In this document: piece by piece, positions 53,501 to 64,000 of the stretch
Layout of the letters: the number at the start of each line of letters is the position of its first letter
Position numbering within the stretch: position 1 is the stretch's first letter
DNA from: Chrysomallon squamiferum
Taxonomy: Eukaryota; Animalia; Mollusca
Length of the DNA: 64,000 bases
Reading direction: 5' to 3'
Assembly (NCBI GenBank): GCA_012295275.1
Contig: CM022677.1
Location: 6,758,001 to 6,822,000, forward strand
Translations under genes and position numbers: made by a program
Notes under the pieces: model-generated
The model's input: the letters and a program-made list of their open reading frames with translations, nothing else
What the model was told of the DNA's origin: nothing
Database searches by the model: none

Positions 53501-54090
53501 TCTAAGAATACTGAGTGTAACAGAACTGTAATAATAAAATAATGATAGGTTATGTCATTACATTGATTTTGTATGCCATAACTACTGAACTTGTTCTTTT
53601 AAAATAATAATGAATTCAAAACATTTGCAATTATTAAAATTTTAAATGTTTTAAATCTTGATTCATCATTTAATAATTTTAATTTTATTAGGTAACTGAG
53701 TTTCAATCATTTATCATCATGATGAAGAAGATAATTGTTTATGTTTTATACAATTTTAATTTAATTATTATAATCAAATTTTAATTGTATATCATAAGGA
53801 CAAGGATGATAATCTGATAGCTTTCATAATTACTAAAAAATTTCAATGACTAGTCATTTATCATCAGGATGATGAAGATGATGAGCTGACAGTGCCAGCT
53901 ATCTGTGAGTTGAGATTGCGTGATGTGATGGAGATAGCTCAGGACCTGTGTGAGTCACTCAGAAGAGAAAAAACGACTCAAATTCAGAGTACAAGAGTTA
54001 GTGGCTGCTTTTAGAGAAAATCTCTAAAAACTCAGAAATCAGACATCAGCAGTCAGCAGAGTTTGTCAATGACCTGAAACAAGCTAACAG
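50577..54090 (+). pseudogene. MCC: Unprocessed partial pseudogene of colorectal mutant cancer protein (MCC)
   Basis: Exon relics: 50577-50690 LDQAALTSLKWEIIELNNRLAQVTAESDHLEK*LTKCQ; about 51175-51241 YEER..LH..AELMKKI; about 51683-51765 REEDD; about 52190-52320 ELTQL..DWEKLKRK; about 52450-52527 AQRLDLENAVLMQELMAVK; about 52832-52990 EKAELK..YLMEKE..ESQEQAYRVQIELLKCE; 53868-54090 LRREK/RVQELVAA/LEKISKNSEIRHQQSAEFVNDLKQAN. All are colinear with human MCC as recalled. Stops and frameshifts are present. Confidence 0.92.
53090..53430. repeat. About 85-90-bp intronic tandem repeat, about 4 copies
   Basis: actgtctact.attttattatgtgtgtattctaaacactgatttgtcat recurs at about 53164, 53252 and 53337. 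Confidence 0.75.
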
Positions 54091-54884
54091 GTAAAACATA
54101 CAGGTGTATGTATGCACATCACACATATCTACATATATGCATACGTACCCACTTGCTCATGCAAACACATACACAAATTTCAAACATAAGTTCAGATTAA
54201 ATTTAGACATTTTAATACTAAACTTATTATTATAACCTATAATGTCATTGATTTCCTTTTTATTGGTGTACAAATGTTTGCATTGCATATATACTTACCC
54301 AAGCAAACACACATACAAACATTTTCAAACATTCATATGATATTTAGAAACATTTTAATATTAAGCTTATTATATGAATATCATAAATCTAAACTGCCAT
54401 AGTGTCATTGATTTTATTTTTTCCTTTTTACTGCATTTTTTTTGCAAGATTTTTTGTTTAGTATTATAATCACTTTTACTGATATTGTTCTTATTAACAT
54501 TTATATATTTTTAATATAAATAATCTAATTTTATTTTCTGCTTTTGCTGATAGCGTTAGTATTTCTGTAACATGACTGAGGTATCTAATATTACATATCT
54601 TTATTTCACTTTATTTTTTGTTCTATAATGTCTTTATTATCATTAGTATTTTTGTTAAATAAATAATTTAATTTTACATCGTATTATTTCACTTTATTTC
54701 ATGAATCACTAATATCATTTTACTTTTTTAAACCAAATTTACATAATAGTTATATAGCTTTTAAATTTTACTTTGATATCATTAGTATTTTTGTAACATA
54801 AAATATATTTAATTTTATATTTCTTTATATTTTAGTTATATCTTGACTGATTACCAGCATATCTCCATAAAGTAAATTCTCTTT

Positions 54885-55697
<813 letters not shown>

Positions 55698-55899
55698 TAG
55701 TTTTCTTCCATTAGCATTGTTTTATTTATTTTTAGCTTATATTTGTACTAGGGGTAATCAAAACAGTTTTGTTTTTAACTCCCAAAAATTAGTATGTGTG
55801 ATACATTTAATTAATCTTTTCTAGCTTTTAATAACATAGGATCATTACATTCATCTCCAATTGTGTTAAGATTACAGATTTGACATTTTCTGTTTTCTC

Positions 55900-56623
55900 T
55901 TAGAATAGTAGACCCGTTTCAGTAGGAAGTTAATCATGGTTCTAAATTTACATAAGACTTTCGCATTCTTTTGAGATAGGAAAGTAAACTAGTTTTCAAA
56001 GTTTATTTGATTTTAAAATGTCTTTCTATTAGTTGTATATTTGTAAAACCCCATATTTCACAACCATACAATAAAATTGGCTGTATAATTTGTCAAATAA
56101 ATCAAGTATACAGTCATTAGAGAGATTATTCTGATGACCTTCAGCTATTAGGCTATACATAGCTTTCATTGCTTTATTATATAGTTATTTTAAGTGAATA
56201 GACCATTTCATGTGAAGTGTATTTAGAGTTATATCAGTAATCTCCATCAAATATAAATATGTAACCACAAGTTTTTCTCCTTTTACTGAAAATCATTATT
56301 TTAGTTCTATTTATATTAACTTTAAGTCTCCATTGTTGGCAGTAATTGACAAAAACATTAAGATTATGTTGTAGAACATCCAGTGATTGTGCTAACAGTA
56401 TTGTATCATCAGCATACAGTAGAATAAAAAGCTTTAATTAAACATTAAATTCTTCACTAAACATTGTTGTAATTGCCCTACGCTTTGCTATCTATAAGAA
56501 ATTCCTCTAAGCCATTTAGAAAAACAGAAAATAAAAATGGTGAGAGATTATCTCTTTGCCTCACACCGATTTCACAATCAAACAAACCATTCGCTATAAT
56601 TTTAGCCTTAGTATCTTCATACA
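55900..56623 (-). mobile_element. Decayed non-LTR retrotransposon (LINE, CR1/L2-group-like) reverse transcriptase fragment
   Basis: Minus-strand translation gives IGVRQRDNLSPFLFSVFLNGL..LFILLYADDTILLA..YCQQWRLKVNINRTKIMIF..LFDKIIQPILLYGCEIWGF, with stops. Confidence 0.9.
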
Positions 56624-56625
56624 TA

Positions 56626-57343
56626 TACTCTAACAAAAACGAAACGCAAAAGTAGATGTTATTGTCATTGGGAATATCTACCTAATGCATCAACAGAATG
56701 CAGCAGAATGTTCACATTTTACACACACTTTCGCAGTTCATTAATATTGATGGCATTACATTGAAAAGGTTAAAGTTCAAGCTTATAACAGTATAATATG
56801 AATATCTTGTGTGCCCACCATGGGAGTCCAGAACTGCCTGACATCTCCATCCCATGGCAGTAATGACATTATGAATTACACCTTGTGGAATGGTGGCCCA
56901 CTCTGTCTGTAGTAATAATGCCAACTGAGCTCTATAGGGTTCAAATCTGGAGATTTAGAGAGCCAGGGCAGGACCTGAATGTTATTGTTGTGTAGATACG
57001 CTGTTGTGAGTCTGGCTGTATGTGGTCTTGCATTGTCATGATGGAATATAGTGTTACCATTATTCATAATTGGAGTGACATGTGGCTGCAAAATTTCATC
57101 TTGGTATCTCTGTGCCATTAAGTTGCCTTGGATGTGAACCAGGTTGGTCCTGCCAATGTATGAGATTGCTGCCCATACCATCACACTACCACCGCCAAAT
57201 CTGTCTGCTTCCTGTATGCAGCAAAATGTTCACCAGGACGTCTGTAAACTCAACATCTTCCATCAGCTCGACGAAGCAGAAATTGAGCCTCGTCACTAAA
57301 CCAGACAGTTCTGCATCATAACTGAGGCCACTTGACACCACTG
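56626..57343 (-). mobile_element. Tc1-family (DD34E) transposon, 3' half, frameshifted, cut by the gap
   Basis: VWFSDE..RRADGR..VYRRPGE..RFGGGSVMVWAAIS..HDNARPH..WLSKSPDLNPIE, with 34 residues between D and E, followed by EWATIPQ..GGHTRY. The TIR-like end tactctaacaaaaacgaaacgca follows TA at 56624-25. Confidence 0.93.
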
Positions 57344-57543
57344 NNNNNNNNNNNNNNNNNNNNNNNNNNNNNNNNNNNNNNNNNNNNNNNNNNNNNNNNN
57401 NNNNNNNNNNNNNNNNNNNNNNNNNNNNNNNNNNNNNNNNNNNNNNNNNNNNNNNNNNNNNNNNNNNNNNNNNNNNNNNNNNNNNNNNNNNNNNNNNNNN
57501 NNNNNNNNNNNNNNNNNNNNNNNNNNNNNNNNNNNNNNNNNNN
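57344..57543. other. Assembly gap (200 N)
   Basis: Run of exactly 200 n. Confidence 1.
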
Positions 57544-57778
57544 AAATTTTAATTATATATTTATTTGTTAATTTCTTTTTAATGCCTTCTAGCAGTAAGA
57601 AAACGAGAAAAAAAGTTATTATAATTTAATATTTCAAAAAAATTCAACAAATTTTAATATTTGCTATTTATATAATAAATTAAAATTAAAATTAATAAAC
57701 TTTTAAAACAATTGGACATCTATCTAAAACAGCCAAAACTGTACAGTCAAAAAAATAAATATAAAAGTAAATGATTAC

Positions 57779-58851
57779 CAGGTCCCGCAGACTGGGAGCC
57801 ATTTGCATTATTCTCGTTGATACTTCCTCCATCATCGCTTTTGTCCGATCATCTTCTTCTCTACACAGAAATGAAAGAAAAAAAAAAACGTTCAAAAAAA
57901 CGTTCAAATTTTCTTTACACTTAGTCTTTTCATTAAACACAGTAAAGGAATTGGTGTTATTTTCTGAATAAAACTTGACTCATACAATGAAAGAAAAAAA
58001 TTAAATGTTTCATATTTTACATCGGGTTTTCAGGAATCTTTTCATGTCCATTAAAAACAGTAAAAAACCAGCAAACAAATGGTATTATTTTACAATACAT
58101 AATGATTAATTGTTTTATTATTCATTAAAAACAGTGAAGAACAGCCAACTCACACTATATATTATTTAATAAAGACCACTGACTTGATGACATTAATCTG
58201 GTGTCTGTCTGTTTTCTTCATCAGCTCTGCAATGACATTCAGTGACGCGTTCCTCTAGAATCACTAAAATATTTAAAGTTTTGAATGGTTTTTGGATATA
58301 ACAGTCTATAAGTAAATTAAAAAACATACAGACTAAATTCTCTTAGTATTCAAAATAACAACAGACATTTTTTTTATGAATTTGAATTAGTATATACAGT
58401 ATTTATTGAACCTATGTATTCTTTGTTTTAGTATCTGCTTAAGAAAACATCATCAATAAATAATCAAATAAATACATAAATAACCAAATAAGGCAGAATG
58501 GAAATATATAATAATAAAAAAATTTAAATTTAAATTTGGTCATCAGATTAACGTAAATATTTTTAAAAATCTTTTCCAGAAAGATAGCCTGATTAGCTTT
58601 AAGTCATCACCAAGAGTTAGTGCCAGACATGTTATTTTCTAGTCGGGCTATATTCTTATTCCTGTTACCAGAATAACAACATTAAAAGTCAGATTTAATT
58701 TCATGCTAATGCTAGGACAAAAAAAATCATTTGTAACCTGACATTTAGTCACTTGTTTTTCTAACTGATCTCTTTCAGCTATTACATGTGCCTACCTGTT
58801 GTTCAGCTCGATTATCTCCCATTTCAGAGAGGTCTAGGCCGCCTGGTGTAG
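57779..58851 (-). pseudogene. MCC: Second MCC pseudogene copy (first three retained exons)
   Basis: Exon 58738-58851 reads LHQAA*TSLKWEIIELNNR*AHVIAERDQLEKQVTKCQ. Exon about 57779-57861 reads REEDDRTKAMMEEVSTRIMQMAPSLRDL. Confidence 0.88.
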
Positions 58852-58985
58852 CTGGGAAAGAAAAGAAAGAATTTTAAATTATTACATTTTGCAACCAAAT
58901 TAAAACATGTTATTTGTGAATTTTTGTGATTCAGTCTGTTTTATCATTCCTAAAGCCAATTAATGAAAAAAATATCGATAATGAA

Positions 58986-59037
<52 letters not shown>

Positions 59038-59218
59038 TAATAATAACAATAATATCACAAATAGTGATAATAAACTAAATATTTAAAAATAAAATAAAAT
59101 ATTAAAATATGCTATTCATTTCAACTTTCAGATACGAATATATAATATATATATATAGAACACAAATACATACATACATATTTATATAAGTTGTTACTCC
59201 TCTTGTTACGTTAAAACG

Positions 59219-59257
<39 letters not shown>

Positions 59258-60179
59258 GTGTGAAAGTGATTTGTATTGTAATCTATTTTATAAAACTCAG
59301 CTATAAATACTACTTGCTATTATTTGTATTAGTTATTACAACTGCTTCTACTACTTGCTACTTAGAGTAACTGTAATTAATCATGTACGAGCAGTATGTC
59401 AGTAAGGAACAAAACATATAAATAATCAGAATAAAATAAAATGTGAATGCAATTAAATAAAACAACAAAAGAACGATCGTCAATATATTGTTATTTATTA
59501 TTACAAAAAATCTGCTAAATTACTCAAAAAAATTAAAGTCGAGTCTTGTGACAAGTTTCTATGTCGTATTGTTTACTAATTTATTTTCGATTATCTGCCC
59601 TTGAAAACTATCCAAAACGCAGACGACGAAACATTTTAGAAGCTAAATTACAAACATGTACTTCAAACTATATAAAGAAAGAAATAAAAAAGAAGTACTG
59701 TAGCATTACCTGAATATACAAAGAAATCCACTCTTCATGATTCTTAGAATCTACATTTATTTGCAAAATCCATAAATAACAAATACCGCAAATGACAGCA
59801 GAAATCCCGCAGCCCGCAAAAGAAAATAATTATATGAGAGTAATCTCCCTTCAGCTGCAATTTCTTTTTCTCTCAAATACTGTCAAAACCGGATTCATTG
59901 AGACCAGCATGGTATGCCGTTTACAGTGGCGGTTTACAAAACATTAAAATAATATTACACTGAAATATTTGTTTTATTATTACAAATGTTAATGGTTTAG
60001 CAGTTGTCTCTGTCTACTGCGTTTTGTTCATATTTCTCTCCAAACTCCTCTGTCATGGCCTCCAAGTTTTACATTAATTGCAAAATCTGCTTTCTATAAC
60101 GGCAGTAAAAAATTACATTTTTTTGCCATTTTAAGCTAATCAGTGTACGAAAGTTTGTTTGTATCGTCAGACCATTCAG

Positions 60180-60218
<39 letters not shown>

Positions 60219-60492
60219 TCATGTATTCATGACGTAACCAATACAGTGTGTATACTTACAACAAACCGGCCATCTGAAATGTTCGAGGATACTTTATGCA
60301 ATACACAGCGAGTACTGACATTTATGCTAATTCTGTAAAATAAACCATGAATTAGGAAAATACTGAATCGGATGTTACATCAATGTGGCGAATGTTATAC
60401 ATTTTCATTATACATTTTAATTAAGTAAAACAATGGAAAATATTGCTTAAGTGAATTAATCAGAAATAAGCTGTTTTCTGTGTGTATGTGTG

Positions 60493-60605
<113 letters not shown>

Positions 60606-61261
60606 CCAGTTGCCTAATTTCTAATAGTGTTCTTGTTTGTTCACCTCATTGTTTAACGCATCATATACGTAATGTACTGTTTTTTTACATCTACAATGGA
60701 CAGCTAATATATATATGATTTAATTATTTACAAACAGTGTAACCCATTATTGACTACTGATGGAAATTTGCTGTGCATATCAAAAGAGACTTGTCGAGGT
60801 TTGGCTGAAATAAGTACACACTGGTAAATTTAAACTTTAAACATACGGACCATATCAAAATAACAATTTAAATTAAAAAAAAAATTACAATAAATATTCA
60901 CATACAGCATATTTGATTATTTTCGGTGACAAATGCAGAATCTCTTCTTTAGCAATGATTTAGAAGTGGATTTTTTGTTGTTGGAATGGTAGCGATATTT
61001 TGAACGATAATCATTCTCTCGTTTTGAAAAATAACGTCTTAACCAAGAAAGAAAGAAGTGAAAAAAAAAAATAATAAAAAAATAAAAAAGTTTTCAATAA
61101 CATCCAATAACAAATACTTTTAATATATATTTTATTTTTTTTTTTTTTTTTTTAATAAATGCCTATGGAAAATATTTACAAACAACAAATTAAGTCAATA
61201 AGCTAAGAAATCTATTTCTAGGTTCATTTGTCACATTTAAAACGTGTTCTATCTGTTTCAT

Positions 61262-62731
61262 TTATTTTTCTGGATTAATGGAACATGGTCGCTTGAAATA
61301 CGCTCTGAATTTTTCCGTTCTGTGTTTCTCTTATTTAGAGCCATCCAAAAATGGACATAGTCCATGAATTTTTCATTTTGTTAGGTGAACCATTCCGATA
61401 TAAATTATACAAAATATAGCTGCACCTGCTTTATGTTGTTCATGTATAAGGAAAGATCCTAATCTTGTTGCATTTAATTTCTACATGTCTTAAGTTTAAC
61501 CACGTGGCAATTCTGTTTTCACTGGAACCCCTTCTAAGTTGAAATAGTCAGTGTGATGTTCGTGAACTGTCTGCCTAGTCCATAGTTTGCCACCTGAAGT
61601 GGTTCTGAAGCTTTTTGAAAGAATAGGATTGCTTCAATTCATCTCTGTTCCCAGTGAACAGTTTCTATATAACCTCTTCCCAGACATGTATTTGGTTAAT
61701 TATTTTTTGGATTTTTTAGTTTTTTTCCATACTGATTGATTTCCAGATGTTTCTAAAATTGTTTTGGAAACTGTTTTAATTTAGTTTAATTGCAGCATAA
61801 ACATGATAAAATTTCATGATAGAGAACAATTTTCGGTGAGAAATGCAGAATCTCTTCTTTAGCAGGCTTAAGAATTAGAACCGGATTTTTGTTGTTGAAA
61901 TGGGACATTTCAAACAGTTCGTACTTTAATAACGTCTTCACCACGACAGAGAGCATCGAAAGTTGTTTTTCTTTAACTCTGGCATTTGATCTTTTCTCTC
62001 CTTGAATATTTTTTTCCTTCTGTTCGGAACGTTCAAGTCCAGGATGAAAATTAACTGTTCATTTGTCAGATTTAAAATTTCTATCTGTAAACTGATGGGG
62101 GGGGCTAATTTTCTACCGTTAATTTCATAGTCATGAAATACGCTCTGAATTTTTTCCGTTCTTTGTTTTCTAGATTTTATTCCATCCAAATATGTACATA
62201 GTTGTATTTTTTCATTTTGTACATGTTTGTAATTGATAACAGTCTTCTGCTGATAATCTCTGTGTTTGAAACATCGTTATATATGTTAAGTTTGTCGCAT
62301 TTAATTTGTTTGTTGATAATCTTGTCGAAACACCTATTTTTCTATTTGTCTTCTAAGTCTTTCTGTTTGGAAGATGTTCACGAATTTTTTGTAGTTCATG
62401 TTATGTCTGGGAATAATATTTTCGTGAAGAATAGGCTGAAATCTTGTTCTCCAGTCCAAAGTGAAAAGAATATATAAAAATGCACCAATTGGATTGACTA
62501 TTTAAGAATTTGGATCTTTTAGTTCTGTCGAACACTGATGTTCATTTTGATCTGAAATTGTTTTCAACTTTTTTCCAATTTAGTTCCTTGTTCATAAACA
62601 TGACTGAAATTTCTTATTTCTGTTGCCAAGTCTCTTCCTGCTAGTACAGATCTGTAGAGATGTGAAACGGACGAAAACAGTTCTGAATTAGCAGATAAAA
62701 AGCAAATTAAAATAATGTACTGCTGATACAT
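61262..62731 (-). pseudogene. P4HA: Third intronless P4HA copy, strongly garbled
   Basis: Reverse complement of 46909-48364 from ATG (cat 62729-31) to stop (tta 61262-64). ORF 61938-62189 gives KQRTEKIQSVFHDYEINGRKLA. Confidence 0.85.
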
Positions 62732-62984
62732 ACAAAATGAAAAAAATAAATTAAAATGGATGAATATTAAATATATAAAAAAAGGTTATTAAACTGAAAT
62801 AAAATGCAAATTTTATCTTTCATTTTATTTCAATTCGTTTATTTTATTATTTTACTGTTTCTATTTAGATGTCGTGTGTGTATGTTGTAAGTGAAACACT
62901 TTAGTTGTTATGTTTCTGTTATCCTTTGATTTATGTAAACCTATTTTTTTATTTTCTGTCAGTCTTTCTGTTTAAATAATTAGT

Positions 62985-63300
62985 GTAATTTGATTATGTC
63001 AGAATAAAGTAAGATACAGAAGAAAAACACCTCAAAAGAAAAATTAAAATGTGCATTACAGCTGTCATTTAGAAATGGCGCACTTCTCAAGTGATAAAGA
63101 ACAGGGTTGTCTGCAGCTCTGGGTTTTAAAAAATAAAGATTAGCAAACGGGTTTTATAAATGAATAATGTATATACAGATCACTGCTATCAATTAGGTCG
63201 CCTTGCATACATAATGAAAAATATACAGATTTTGGATGTGGATGAGTCTTCAGAAAGAAAGAACTGAAAAGAATTGAGGAAGAATCTCGATATGGAGTCT
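62985..63300 (+). pseudogene. P4HA: P4HA paralog-B fragment, copy 3
   Basis: gatcactgctatcaattaggtcgccttgcatac (DHCYQLGRLAY). It is the reverse complement of 46200-46555. Confidence 0.8.
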
Positions 63301-63354
63301 AATTAGATGTCAGTTTTAAGTGACACTAGTTGTTAATCTTGTATGCAACCTCTG

Positions 63355-63792
63355 ATATTAGCAGCATTAAGTAAATAAATAGTGTACAATAACGTAATAT
63401 TAGCACCATTAAGTAAAATTAATACTGTACTGTAACATGATATTAGCATCATTAAGTAAAATTAATACTGTACTGTAACATGATATTAGCATCATTAAGT
63501 AAAATTAATACTGTACTGTAACATGATATTAGCATCATTAAGTAAATAAATACTGTACTGTAACATGATATTAGCATCATTAAGTAAATAAATACTGTAC
63601 TGTAACATGATATTAGCATCATTAAGTAAAATTAATACTGTACTGTAACATGATATTAGCATCATTAAGTAAAATTAATACTGTACTGTAACATGATATT
63701 AGCATCATTAAGTAAAATTAATACTGTTCAGCAACGTGATATTAGCAGACATTAAGTAAATAAATACTGTACAGAAATGTGATATTAGCTGT
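63355..63792. repeat. 43-bp variant of the 42-bp minisatellite in reverse orientation (tgatattagcatcattaagtaaaattaatactgtactgtaaca), about 10 copies
   Basis: Period 43 counted at 63481-63523. It occupies the position equivalent to 45985-46160. Confidence 0.92.
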
Positions 63793-64000
63793 ATTAACAA
63801 AAAGATTTGTCTCATTTTTTTTATTATTATTGTTGTTTTGTTGTTGTTGTTGTTGTTATAGCTAAAACAAATTAGTATAAACAATAAACATAATAAAATA
63901 CTCATAAAACTATGAAACAACAACACCAAAAAAAACACACAAAAAACCACAACAACTTGGGTAAGTAAACATTGACTGAAATAAACAATTTATACTACCA

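Overview
This is AT-rich, microsatellite-dense animal genomic DNA, probably lophotrochozoan or molluscan (inferred from repeat style and TRIM-NHL type). It contains two 200-N scaffold gaps, and I see no clearly intact protein-coding gene and no rRNA, tRNA or CRISPR array. The window is a mosaic of segmental duplications, many inverted, carrying decayed pieces of unrelated host genes. These are: intronless prolyl 4-hydroxylase alpha (three copies, each head-to-head with a diverged P4HA fragment and next to a 42/43-bp minisatellite), MCC (two spliced partial copies), CAMSAP/patronin-like exons (three copies), an RI-type LRR gene, and a nearly intact single-exon RING/coiled-coil/NHL (TRIM-NHL-like) ORF with one stop. 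Transposon relics are a hAT-Buster fragment, a Tc1 DD34E element inserted into a LINE RT fragment, and a foldback-like AAGGGAGATAACTCT repeat complex. Both largest inverted duplications start exactly at the N-gaps, and part of the last contig looks like a chimeric consensus, so assembly artefact must be excluded before any biological reading. All homologies and identities were judged by eye, and boundaries are approximate unless anchored at splice sites, start or stop codons.
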